DNA of 64,000 bases from Myxococcota bacterium (GTDB taxonomy: Bacteria; Myxococcota_A; UBA9042; DTJE01): assembly GCA_017994695.1 (NCBI GenBank), contig JAGOKF010000010.1, positions 230 through 64,229 of the forward strand, read 5' to 3'. The stretch's first letter is position 1. Every line of letters begins with the position of its first letter. The notes below the pieces were generated by a model. It was not told where the DNA came from. It made no database searches and saw nothing but the letters and a program-made list of their open reading frames with translations. The translations under genes and the position numbers were made by a program. Positions 19,955-28,790 of this stretch are shown one piece after another.

Positions 19955-21187
19955 ATGCATACTGAACGCGACCCCGTTCCGGGATCGACCGTGGCCGACG
20001 CCCTGGAAGCCAAGCGCATCGACCTGCACGACTCGTCGTCCCGGCGTCGGGTTTCCGGATCCGGCCGGAGGAACTCCCTCCGCTGGCTGGACGAGGAGGA
20101 GTTCCGCCAGCAGGTGCGGAAGGAACGGGAACGTTCCGACCGGACGGGACGTCCCTTCTCGGTCCTCTTCGTGACCCTTCAGGAACCGCGGGATCGCCGG
20201 CGGATGGTCCGACTGGCCTCGGATCACCTCCGGCTGCTGGACGACATCGGTCAGGTCGGCGACCTGCGGCTGGGCATCCTGCTGCCCGAGACCCCCATCG
20301 ACGGGGCCCGGACGCTGGAACAGCGGCTGCTGGAAGGGGCCCGGCAGGCCTCGATTCCCTGCGCGATCAAGTCCTATGCCTACGGCGGACTCTGCGAGAC
20401 CCCCGATCTCTGCGGGCAGGTGTCCTGCTCGGGCAACTGCGTCGGCCGGGGCGTCCCCCGGGGGACCCCCCTGCTGTCCGATGGCGATGGCGCACCGGAC
20501 CCGGGGAATCCGGCACCCGCGAAGGAATCCGGTCCGGACGGAAGACTCGCAGACACCCCGTCGAGCATCTTCCGGCTGCTGGCGCCCCCCATCCCGTGGT
20601 GGAAGCGGGTGCTGGACGTCCTGGGGGCCTCGGTGCTGCTGGTGGCCCTTTCCCCCGTCCTCGCCCTGGCGGCGGTCGCGGTGCGGTTCTCCTCCCCCGG
20701 GCCGATCATCTTCCGCCAGCAGCGGGTCGGACTGGGAGGCCGGGTCTTCTGGTTCTACAAGTTCCGGTCCATGTACGTCGATGCGGAACAGCGGAAGAAG
20801 GACCTGGAGCACCTGAACGAGGCCCAGGGACCGGTGTTCAAGATCGCCCGGGACCCCCGGATCACCCCGGTCGGCCGCTTCCTCCGCGTCACCAGCATCG
20901 ACGAACTGCCCCAGTTGTGGAACGTCCTCCGGGGGGACATGTCCCTGGTCGGCCCGCGGCCGCCCATCCCCGAGGAGGTACGGCAGTACGCCCCCTGGCA
21001 CCGGAGGCGCCTGGAGGTCCCCGGGGGTCTGACCTGCATCTGGCAGGTCAGCGGGCGATGCGACATCCCCTTCGAGGACTGGATGCGGATGGACCTCCGG
21101 TACTCCCGCCAGCAGTCCCTCGCCACGGACCTGGCCCTGCTCTGGAAGACGGTCGGGGCCGTCCTTTCCCGCCGGGGCGCAAGGTAG
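19955..21187 (+). CDS. Polyprenyl-phosphate sugar transferase (Bac_transf/WbaP-like C-domain) fused to N-terminal degenerate GGDEF-like domain
   Basis: C-terminal TM + sugar transferase motifs (PIIFRQQRVG, KFRSM, SLVGPRPP). N-terminal 170 aa resemble a diguanylate-cyclase fold with GGDEF replaced by GDLRLG. Confidence 0.75.
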   Translation: MHTERDPVPGSTVADALEAKRIDLHDSSSRRRVSGSGRRNSLRWLDEEEFRQQVRKERERSDRTGRPFSVLFVTLQEPRDRRRMVRLASDHLRLLDDIGQVGDLRLGILLPETPIDGARTLEQRLLEGARQASIPCAIKSYAYGGLCETPDLCGQVSCSGNCVGRGVPRGTPLLSDGDGAPDPGNPAPAKESGPDGRLADTPSSIFRLLAPPIPWWKRVLDVLGASVLLVALSPVLALAAVAVRFSSPGPIIFRQQRVGLGGRVFWFYKFRSMYVDAEQRKKDLEHLNEAQGPVFKIARDPRITPVGRFLRVTSIDELPQLWNVLRGDMSLVGPRPPIPEEVRQYAPWHRRRLEVPGGLTCIWQVSGRCDIPFEDWMRMDLRYSRQQSLATDLALLWKTVGAVLSRRGAR

Positions 21188-21192
21188 GGTCC

Positions 21193-22653
21193 ATGCGCCT
21201 GCTGCTGGTCAACACCAACACCTGCCGGGACCCGTACCCGGTGGCGCCCCTGGGCGTGTGCCTGCTGGCATCGGCCCTCCGGGACGAGGCGGAGGTGCGG
21301 GTCTTCGACGGGACCTTCCGGGGCAGCGAGGGCCTGCGGGAGACGGTTGAGGACTTCCGCCCGGATCTCGTCGGGCTGTCGGTGCGCAACGTGGACGACC
21401 TGGTGCCCCGGGAGACGACCTTCTTCCTGGACGAGATCCGCCGGGCCTTCGTGAACCCCTTGCGAGAGGCCACCGGGGCTCCCCTGGTCCTCGGTGGCAG
21501 CGCCTTCAGCCTCTTCCCGCTGGAACTGATGCGGGCCTGGCAGGCGGACTACGGAATCGTCGGCGAGGGGGAGGAGGCCCTGCGGACCCTGGTCCGCACG
21601 CTGGAACATGGGGGGGATCCCCGGCGCATCCCCGGACTGCTGGTCGCCGGGGACCGGGAAGTCCCGGCGGCGCCGCGAAGGCCGGCACCGGGTCCCCTGC
21701 GAATCCCCTTCTCCGAGGTGGACCGGCACATCGACTTCGGCCCCTACCGGCACCTGGGTTCGTACCCCATCCAGGCCCGGCGGGGATGCACCCATCGGTG
21801 CATCTACTGCACCTACCCGGCCCTGGAGGGACGCCGTCACCGCCTGCGGGATCCCGAGGAGATCGCCCGGGAGATCGCCGAGGCCGCGGACCGGATTCCC
21901 GGGGTCACCTTCGAGTTCGTGGACAGCACCTTCAACGATCCCAGAGGCCACGCTGAGGCCATCTGCCGGGCCCTGATCCGCCGGGACCTCCGGGTGCGGC
22001 TCCGGACGATGGGAGTCAATCCCGGACACGTGACCGACGAACTGCTGGACCTGATGCAGCAGGCCGGCTTCGCCCAGATCGACTGCACCCCCGACTCGGC
22101 CTCGCCGACGATGATCCGGGCGATGGGCAAGAACTTCTCCCCGGAAGACCTCGTGCGAACGGCCCGGGGAATCCGGCGCAGGGGGATGCCCACCGCGTGG
22201 TTCTTCCTGTTCGGGGGACCGGGAGAGACGGCCGGGACCATCCGGGAGACGATGGATTTCATCGACCGGGAGGTGTCCCCCGAGGACCTGGTGCTGATGG
22301 GCATCGGCCTGCGGATCTACCCCGGGACCCCTCTGCACCGGACCGCGATCCGGGAGGGGATCGTGTCCCCGGAGGAGGACCTGGTCCGTCCCCGGTTCTA
22401 CGTGGCGCCGGACCTGGGCTACGAGCGCATCCGGGACACCCTCGAGGAGGCCGCCGCCGTCCGCCCCCACTGCCTGCCCCCCGGCGAGAACCGCCCGTCG
22501 CCGGAGATGCTGCGGCAGGCCGTCGCGATGCGCCGGGACCAGGGGCTCACGGAGCCGATGTTCCGCACGCTGCTGCGGATCCGCCGGTCGTGGCCCCGCT
22601 TCGCCGGGATCGCCGCCCCCGGGAATGCTCCGGTGCCGTCCGTCACGAAATGA
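21193..22653 (+). CDS. Class B radical SAM enzyme (N-terminal B12-binding domain + radical SAM core)
   Basis: Starts 5 nt after the sugar transferase stop (MRLLLVNTN...). CxxxCxxC = CTHRCIYC. The long N-terminal extension in ORF 20596..22653 is an out-of-frame overlap artefact. Confidence 0.8.
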   Translation: MRLLLVNTNTCRDPYPVAPLGVCLLASALRDEAEVRVFDGTFRGSEGLRETVEDFRPDLVGLSVRNVDDLVPRETTFFLDEIRRAFVNPLREATGAPLVLGGSAFSLFPLELMRAWQADYGIVGEGEEALRTLVRTLEHGGDPRRIPGLLVAGDREVPAAPRRPAPGPLRIPFSEVDRHIDFGPYRHLGSYPIQARRGCTHRCIYCTYPALEGRRHRLRDPEEIAREIAEAADRIPGVTFEFVDSTFNDPRGHAEAICRALIRRDLRVRLRTMGVNPGHVTDELLDLMQQAGFAQIDCTPDSASPTMIRAMGKNFSPEDLVRTARGIRRRGMPTAWFFLFGGPGETAGTIRETMDFIDREVSPEDLVLMGIGLRIYPGTPLHRTAIREGIVSPEEDLVRPRFYVAPDLGYERIRDTLEEAAAVRPHCLPPGENRPSPEMLRQAVAMRRDQGLTEPMFRTLLRIRRSWPRFAGIAAPGNAPVPSVTK

Positions 22654-23989
22654 CGTGGGTCCCCGCCCGGATGCCCCAGAGGCTTCCCGCTTCCCGGTAG
22701 AACCGGTCCAGGGGCAGGCGGGTCCGCAGCACGCAGTTGAAGAAGTTGTAGCGGGCCAGGTCGAAGTCCACGATGCGGTCCCGCATCCGGCGATGCAGCG
22801 CCGTGCCGGGCATCGGGGTCAGCACGGTGTACCCGGCGTAGGCGGTCTGGTGGGCCGAGGCGAACTCGGCCAGGGCGTGGAATTCGGGGAGGTCCCAGTC
22901 GGGGTCCACCACGTAGTTCGCCCGGAGCAGGATGCCGTGGTCGGCGAAGACCCGGAGCCCCTCGGCGATGTGGTCCGGGGTCAGGGATTTCCGATAGCGC
23001 CGCAGGTCCTCGGGGCGGGGGGACTCGACGCCGGTGATCACCACCCGGAGCCCCGCCCGGGCCAGGCGCCCGATCAGGTCCGGATGGCGGGCCGCCGTGT
23101 CCAGCCGGATGTCCATCACCAGGGTCTTGCGGATGCCCTCGGCCTCCAGGCGGTCCAGCAAGGCGTGGGTCCAGGGGATGTCCACCACCGTGTTCGCGTC
23201 GGCGAACCGCACCACCTCGTACTCGTCCAGCAGCCGCATCTCGGACACGATGCTGTCGATGGACCGGAGGAAGTAGCCTCCCCGGCGCTGGGGCCAGATG
23301 CTACAGAAGGAGCAGCGGGAGGTGCAGCCGAGGGAGGTGTACAGGTAGGTCACGGGCCTCGGGTCCCCCCCGACGGTGTAACTGTCCATCCAGGGTCGCA
23401 GGTAGGACCGGTCGGGCACCAGGAAATCCCGGCCGGCGGGCTCCAGGGGCGGAGGGGGAGCGGGCATGGGCTGCAGGCGACCCGACCTCCGGAACCGGAC
23501 CCCGGGAAGGTCCGCGGTCCGTCCCCGTTCCCGGAGGGATCGCAGCATGTCCCGAAAGACCAGCGCCCCGTCACCGGGGATCAGGACGTCCACGTCCGGG
23601 TGGTCGTAGTCCCCGGGGCAGAGGGTGGGATGGATGCCTCCGGCGACGGTCAGGATGTCCGGGTCCACGAAGCGGGCCGCCCGGAAGATCTCCATGCCCG
23701 CGGGGTGTTCCGAGGCGATGAAGGTCACCCCCACGACGTCGGCCGGGTGGTCCCGGAGGTAGGCGACCATCCAGTCGAAGACCGGGGGCGATTCGGGGCG
23801 CAGGTCGTACTCGCCCTTGAGGTCCAGGAATGCCACGTCCGCCTCCTCCCGGGCGGCCACCGCCACGGTCAGAAGTCCCAGGGGCGGACCCACCAGCCTC
23901 GTGTGAACGAATCGCCGGACCTCCTCGGGGGCATGGTCCCGCAGGGCGTTGCAGGGCGAACGGGGCGGGTTGACTAGGAGCACCTTCAT
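22643..23989 (-). CDS. Class B radical SAM enzyme (B12-binding + radical SAM), second copy
   Basis: Real start ATG 23987-23989 (MKVLLVNPPRSP...). CxxxCxxC = CTSRCSFC. The N-terminal 193 aa of ORF 22643..24568 are junk. ATGA overlap with upstream crotonase. Confidence 0.8.
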   Translation of the reverse strand: MKVLLVNPPRSPCNALRDHAPEEVRRFVHTRLVGPPLGLLTVAVAAREEADVAFLDLKGEYDLRPESPPVFDWMVAYLRDHPADVVGVTFIASEHPAGMEIFRAARFVDPDILTVAGGIHPTLCPGDYDHPDVDVLIPGDGALVFRDMLRSLRERGRTADLPGVRFRRSGRLQPMPAPPPPLEPAGRDFLVPDRSYLRPWMDSYTVGGDPRPVTYLYTSLGCTSRCSFCSIWPQRRGGYFLRSIDSIVSEMRLLDEYEVVRFADANTVVDIPWTHALLDRLEAEGIRKTLVMDIRLDTAARHPDLIGRLARAGLRVVITGVESPRPEDLRRYRKSLTPDHIAEGLRVFADHGILLRANYVVDPDWDLPEFHALAEFASAHQTAYAGYTVLTPMPGTALHRRMRDRIVDFDLARYNFFNCVLRTRLPLDRFYREAGSLWGIRAGTHVIS

Positions 23990-24594
23990 CGCGCCTCTTC
24001 CACCGACGGTCGGATGCGAAGCCTGCGGGCGGCCATCTCGGCCATGCCCGGCCCCTGGGCCCTCTCCACGACGCCGTGGATCAGGCCCAGGCGGGCCGCC
24101 TCCTCGGCGTCCACCAGGCGTCCCGACAGCACCAGGTCCAGGGCCTGGGAGATCCCGATCCGGCGGGTCGCCCGCCAGGTTCCCCCGCAGCCGGGCATCA
24201 CCCCGAAGGAGGACTCGGGAAAGCCCAGCACCGCGCCGGGAGCCGCCAGGATCAGGTGTGCGCACAGCGCCAGTTCCAGGCCGCTGCCCAGGCAGGCGCC
24301 CTCGACCCACGCGATCACCGGAATCGAGAGGTCCGAGATGGCCGTGAAGAGGGCCTGGTGGCGGGAGATGGCCTCCCGGTCCCGCCACAGCGGCTGCATC
24401 GCCGCCCGGTCGGCCCCGGCGGAGAAGTGCCGTCCCTTTCCCCGGATCACCAGTCCCCTCACCTCGCGTCTCCGGACCTCCGCCAGGGCGCCTTCCAGGC
24501 TTTCGAAGAACTCCGGGTCCATCAGGTTTCCGGGAGGCGCGTCGAGCCACCAGTGCCCGATCTCCCATTCCCCCACTTCCAGCAAGACCTTCAC
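23986..24594 (-). CDS. Enoyl-CoA hydratase/isomerase (crotonase) family protein, short form
   Basis: Crotonase fold (GKGRHFSAGAD..., oxyanion-hole region). GTG 24592-24594 preceded by GGAGGGGG. GTGA overlap with upstream stop. Confidence 0.7.
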   Translation of the reverse strand: MKVLLEVGEWEIGHWWLDAPPGNLMDPEFFESLEGALAEVRRREVRGLVIRGKGRHFSAGADRAAMQPLWRDREAISRHQALFTAISDLSIPVIAWVEGACLGSGLELALCAHLILAAPGAVLGFPESSFGVMPGCGGTWRATRRIGISQALDLVLSGRLVDAEEAARLGLIHGVVERAQGPGMAEMAARRLRIRPSVEEAR

Positions 24595-24938
24595 CGCGCC
24601 CCCTCCGGCCCGACCGCCAGCCCGCAGGCGGTGTCCCGGGAATGGCTGATCGCCACCCGGACCCCGGCCAGCACGCCCGGGCCTCCGGGGACCTCGTCCA
24701 GCAGCCTGGGGGCCCCGTTCGGACCCCGTCCGATCCGGAAGTCCCTGGGAGTTCCAGGCAGTTCCCGGTACTGCCACAGCCGGGCCAGGGCCTCCTTCAG
24801 GGCCATCCGGCCAGCCCAGGTCCGCAGCGGAGCCCCTGCCAGTTCCGCCGCCTCCCCGTCGTCGAAATACCGGGATCGCTCCCGGACCAGGCGTTCCTCG
24901 GCCTCGGGAATCGGCAGGGAGCAGAGGACCGCCCTCAC
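24591..24938 (-). CDS. AcpS-family 4'-phosphopantetheinyl transferase paralogue, divergent (Mg-site Asp replaced)
   Basis: C-terminus of ORF 24591..26696(-). AcpS motif 2 RMALKEALARLW and motif 3 VRVAISHSRDTACGLAV. N-terminal GxD motif reads AVLCSL. GTG start overlaps crotonase stop (GTGA). Confidence 0.5.
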   Translation of the reverse strand: MRAVLCSLPIPEAEERLVRERSRYFDDGEAAELAGAPLRTWAGRMALKEALARLWQYRELPGTPRDFRIGRGPNGAPRLLDEVPGGPGVLAGVRVAISHSRDTACGLAVGPEGAR

Positions 24939-25654
24939 GACGCCACCTCCCGGGCCAGTTCCAGGAAGAGTTCCGTTTCCCGGCGAAGGGCCTCCTCCCG
25001 GGGGCGGCGCCAGGCATTCCCCACGGACTCCAGGATCGCCCGGACCTGGAGCGGCGTCCGATCGCCGATCCAGCGGTGGATGAGCGCCCGGCATTCCTCC
25101 TCGAGTCGTCCGGCCGGGGCCACCCGGTCCACCAGGCCCCACTCCAGGGCCTCCTCGGCCCCGATCAGCCGCCCGGTCAGGATCCACTCCAGTCTTCGGC
25201 TTCGGGCGATCCGGTTCCCCGTCTCCAGGGTACCCCCGAGGCCCGGCATCAGGCCCAGTTCCGATTCGGGAAATCCCATCATCGCCCCCGAGGCCGCCAC
25301 CCGGGCATGGCAGGCCAGGGCGATCTCCATCCCCGCCCCGAGGCACTGGCCGGAGATGGCGGCGACGACGGGCACCGGGGCATCCCGGATGCGGTCCAGC
25401 AGCACCTTCCCAGCATCCAGGGACCGGGCCAGGGACTCGGGGTCCGGCAGCCGTTTCCGCAGGGCCTGGAGGTCCGCTCCACCGCAGAAGTGCCTCCCGA
25501 ATCCGGTCAGCACGACGGCCCGGATCCCCTCCTGGCCGAAAAACCTCTCCAGGATTCCGGGATCCACGAACACGGGGTCGTCCAGCGTGTTCCGGGGCGG
25601 GCGATCCAGCACGATCCGGCCCAGGTCCCCGTCCCGTTCCAGCCGCACCTCCAT
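24935..25654 (-). CDS. Enoyl-CoA hydratase/isomerase (crotonase) family protein
   Basis: Crotonase motifs (GFGRHFCGGADL, AAISGQCLGAGMEIALACH). RBS GGAAGGGGAGG before ATG 25654. Confidence 0.8.
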   Translation of the reverse strand: MEVRLERDGDLGRIVLDRPPRNTLDDPVFVDPGILERFFGQEGIRAVVLTGFGRHFCGGADLQALRKRLPDPESLARSLDAGKVLLDRIRDAPVPVVAAISGQCLGAGMEIALACHARVAASGAMMGFPESELGLMPGLGGTLETGNRIARSRRLEWILTGRLIGAEEALEWGLVDRVAPAGRLEEECRALIHRWIGDRTPLQVRAILESVGNAWRRPREEALRRETELFLELAREVAS

Positions 25655-25675
25655 GCCCGCCTCCCCTTCCGCCGT

Positions 25676-26764
25676 TCAACCCGGCCCGCCTGTCCCTTCC
25701 ATGCCGGAAACCACGGGAGGGCGCCACCAGGGCAGGCCCGTCTGCCGGAATCGCATCCCGCAGCGATCCCGCCATTCCCGCTCCCGTGGTCCCGGGGGTG
25801 GCCACGGGGCCTGGAACAGGCCCGCCAGGGCGATCCTCAGGTCGTCCTCGCTCAGAAGGCCCGATCGCACCGCCTCCCGGCAGGTCCGGAAGAACAGGGC
25901 CTCGGCGTCCCGGGTCAGTTCCTCCATCGATCCGGCTGCCACGACGGGCGGTGCCGATTCCTTCGAAACTGCCGGCGCCTCGGCCGGCCCCCAGCATCCC
26001 CGGCGGATCCGGTCCCCGATGGCCGATTCCAGCGCCTCGTAGGACCGGGCCTCCTCGGCCCCCATCCGCAGGCGGTAGAAGGCCACCGATCGGGCGATGG
26101 TCTTCATGCCCACCGACTCCATCAGGGTCAGGGGCCGCAGGCCGGGCCAGGCCTGTCCGAAGGCCCGGTCCACCTGTTCCTGGTCCAGGCCCCGCCCGAC
26201 CAGGTGGACGGCCCAGGCCTGGGAGGGGAGCATGAGGCGGTTGACCGCCTGGGCCTGGCGGGCCCCGATCTGTACGACGGAGGACAATCCCAGCCGGGCC
26301 GCCAGCGTTACCAGGCGCTGCCGGACCGGTTCCCCGCCACCTTCCGGAAGGATCACCTCGCAGAATCCCGACAGGATCGACGGGTAGAACAGGTGCAGGC
26401 CCAGGACCTCGGGACGGATCTCCCAGGGGAGCAGCGACGAGGAGTTGGTCAGCACCAGGCCGTCGGGTGCCCGGAAGGGAAGCCACCATTGCAGCACCTC
26501 CCGCTTCGACTGCAGGTCCTCCTCGACGGTCTCGAACAGCACGTCGAAGGGGGCCTCGGGCTTGGTGCCGACCAGGAGGCCCCCGACCTTCCCGACCATG
26601 GAGCCGGCGTCCCCCAGACGCCGCGCCTCCCGATCGAGGTGCTTCAGGCACGCGGCCAGGCGATCCCGGTCCCGGGAGGCGACGGTCACGTCCCACCCGG
26701 CGCCGAGGATCGTCCGGGCGGCGTCCCTCCCCATCCGCCCGGTGCCGATGACGAGGATCCTCAC
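25676..26764 (-). CDS. 3-hydroxyacyl-CoA dehydrogenase family (NAD-binding + C-terminal domain)
   Basis: Rossmann VRILVIGTGRMG, LTNSSSL, GLHLFYP (HFFNP-like). GTG start 26762-26764 with GGAGGG RBS. GTGA overlap with upstream stop. Confidence 0.75.
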   Translation of the reverse strand: MRILVIGTGRMGRDAARTILGAGWDVTVASRDRDRLAACLKHLDREARRLGDAGSMVGKVGGLLVGTKPEAPFDVLFETVEEDLQSKREVLQWWLPFRAPDGLVLTNSSSLLPWEIRPEVLGLHLFYPSILSGFCEVILPEGGGEPVRQRLVTLAARLGLSSVVQIGARQAQAVNRLMLPSQAWAVHLVGRGLDQEQVDRAFGQAWPGLRPLTLMESVGMKTIARSVAFYRLRMGAEEARSYEALESAIGDRIRRGCWGPAEAPAVSKESAPPVVAAGSMEELTRDAEALFFRTCREAVRSGLLSEDDLRIALAGLFQAPWPPPGPREREWRDRCGMRFRQTGLPWWRPPVVSGMEGTGGPG

Positions 26765-27666
26765 GGGAGATCCCTCCAGTGGCGGGCGCCCCACCAGGGC
26801 CGGGAATCGGGGAGCATCCGGGCCAGGGCCACCAGGGAGGTGCCGATGCCGCACTCCACGAACCCGGACGCCCCCGACGCCGCCTCCACCGCCAGGGGCC
26901 ACCGGACCGGCGAGCAGAGATTCGCCCGGATCATCGCCAGGGCCTCCGCTGCCGTCCGGGCCACCGATCCGTCCACCGCGGAGCAGACCGGGACGTCCGG
27001 GTCCCGCCAGGGTTCCCGGACCGCGATCCCGGCGAGCCGGTCGGCCGCCCGGGAAAGCCGTCCCGGATGGTGGTAGGCGACCCGGTCCGTCCACTGGACC
27101 GCCTTCAGGGCCCCGGCCTCCATCGCCCGTGCCTGGAGCACCTCCAGGGTCTCGGGGGTCCCGGCGACCACCAGGGACCAGGGGCCGTTGACCAGCACCA
27201 CCTGCGCCCGATCCATCCCCGGCAGCGACAGGACCTCCTGCTCCCCCAGTCCCACGATGCCCAGCATCCCGAGGGGGTCCGACTCGTAGGCCTCCCGGAC
27301 CAGGCGCCAGGCCTCCCGGACCAGCATCAGGCCCGACGCGACCGGCAGGGCACCCGCCGCCACCACGGCCGCGTACGCTCCGAGGCTGTGGCCCAGCGTC
27401 CCGGCCACCGTCACCCCGGCCTGGCGCACCGCCTCCGCCACGGCGATCCCGAAGGCCTGCAGGAAGACCTGCCGGGCCCCTTCCTCGAGCCCGGAGGCGT
27501 CCTCGACGGCTACCCGCGCCAGGTCTGTCCCGACGACCTGGGAGGCCTCCTCCATCACCCGGTCGAAGACCGACCGGTGGGCCTCCCGGAAGGCCTCCTC
27601 GGGTCCCGCGGGCTGCACGAAGGCCCCGGGAAAGGCCAGGGCGACGGGACCTCGAATCCTCTCCAT
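26761..27666 (-). CDS. Malonyl-CoA:ACP transacylase-like acyltransferase (FabD family)
   Basis: Active-site GHSLGAY, 301 aa, ATG 27664-27666. Confidence 0.75.
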   Translation of the reverse strand: MERIRGPVALAFPGAFVQPAGPEEAFREAHRSVFDRVMEEASQVVGTDLARVAVEDASGLEEGARQVFLQAFGIAVAEAVRQAGVTVAGTLGHSLGAYAAVVAAGALPVASGLMLVREAWRLVREAYESDPLGMLGIVGLGEQEVLSLPGMDRAQVVLVNGPWSLVVAGTPETLEVLQARAMEAGALKAVQWTDRVAYHHPGRLSRAADRLAGIAVREPWRDPDVPVCSAVDGSVARTAAEALAMIRANLCSPVRWPLAVEAASGASGFVECGIGTSLVALARMLPDSRPWWGARHWRDLP

Positions 27667-27668
27667 CC

Positions 27669-28790
27669 CTAGCCGTCCCCACGGCGCAGGAGCCAGCCGG
27701 CCTGCATGAACTGGCTGACCTCCGTGACGAAGGAGGCCAGGCGACGTCCCGGGGCCAGTCCGGTCTCCCGCAGGAACGCGTCCATCGCCAAAAACGTCAT
27801 CGGCGGCCCGGCGTATCCCATCCGGGCCATCCGCTGGTCGATGCGATCCCTCGGGAACCCGATTCCCTCCAGTTCGGCGGCCACCGACTCGACGATGTGC
27901 CGGGCCGGCAGGTTCACCTGGAGGTGGTCCACCTCCAGGGGATCGATGCCCGCCCGGGCCAGCATCCGCAGGTATCCCTTCAGAAAGACGCTTCCCCCGG
28001 GCTCCTGGAACACCCCTGTCGCCAGCTCGTTCCGGAAGGTCTGTCGCAGGTGATGGGAGGCGGTGCGGAACTCCTCGACCGGGTTCATCCAGTAGGCCGG
28101 CCGGAGGTTGAACATCAGCGACGGTCGGTTCCCGCCCACCGATTCCACGTAGGAGCACTCCACCTCGATCACCGGGCCCCGGGCAGGAGGATCCACGCCC
28201 AGCACCGCCGCTCCCGCCCCGTCCGACAGGAACCACCGGAGGAACAGCGACTCCTTGTCCACCTTCTCCTGGTTGAAGTACTCGGCCCGGAGTTCCGACG
28301 ACGAGATCCCCGCCGACACCGCCAGGGCCCGGTCGTAGTGGCCGTCGGCCAGCAGGTGGTGGGCCAGGTAGAGGGCCTTGTAGGCCGACGTGCAGTTGGC
28401 ATGGATCGAGAACTCGGCGCAGGAGTCGATGCCCAGGGCCTTCTGGATGCGCACCGAGGCCGTGGGCATCTGGTCCTGGTGCGCGGACCCGTAGCAGAGG
28501 AGGTCCACGTCCGCAGGGACCATCCCCGCCGCCTCCAGGGCCTGCCGGGCCGCCTTCTCGGCCATCGAGACGTTGTCCTCGGTGAACTGCCTCGTCCGGG
28601 GATCCAGGGCGTAGTGGACCACCTCGATGTCCAGCAACTGGCGCATCACCGGGCCCATCTCCTCCATCCAACGGCGGATCCGCGGTGGCGCGTCCACGAG
28701 GGGTCCCAGGACCTCCTGGGCCCGTTCCACGGGGATCGGTTCCCCCGGGAGATGGCGACCGGTCCCGAGCAGGAAGACCTTCCGGCTCAT
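27669..28790 (-). CDS. KAS III-like (FabH/thiolase-fold) condensing enzyme
   Basis: FabH-like fold, Cys in HANCTSAYKA, 373 aa. RBS GGGAGGG. ATGA overlap with upstream KAS stop. Confidence 0.7.
   Translation of the reverse strand: MSRKVFLLGTGRHLPGEPIPVERAQEVLGPLVDAPPRIRRWMEEMGPVMRQLLDIEVVHYALDPRTRQFTEDNVSMAEKAARQALEAAGMVPADVDLLCYGSAHQDQMPTASVRIQKALGIDSCAEFSIHANCTSAYKALYLAHHLLADGHYDRALAVSAGISSSELRAEYFNQEKVDKESLFLRWFLSDGAGAAVLGVDPPARGPVIEVECSYVESVGGNRPSLMFNLRPAYWMNPVEEFRTASHHLRQTFRNELATGVFQEPGGSVFLKGYLRMLARAGIDPLEVDHLQVNLPARHIVESVAAELEGIGFPRDRIDQRMARMGYAGPPMTFLAMDAFLRETGLAPGRRLASFVTEVSQFMQAGWLLRRGDG

Noticed and set aside
20596-21192. N-terminal 199 aa of ORF 20596..22653 and N-terminal 193 aa of ORF 22643..24568
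   Set aside because: These out-of-frame extensions overlap the neighbouring sugar-transferase and crotonase genes. The real proteins start at internal ATGs (21193, 23989), the first 5 nt after the upstream stop and the second in an ATGA overlap, each giving canonical B12-binding N-termini.
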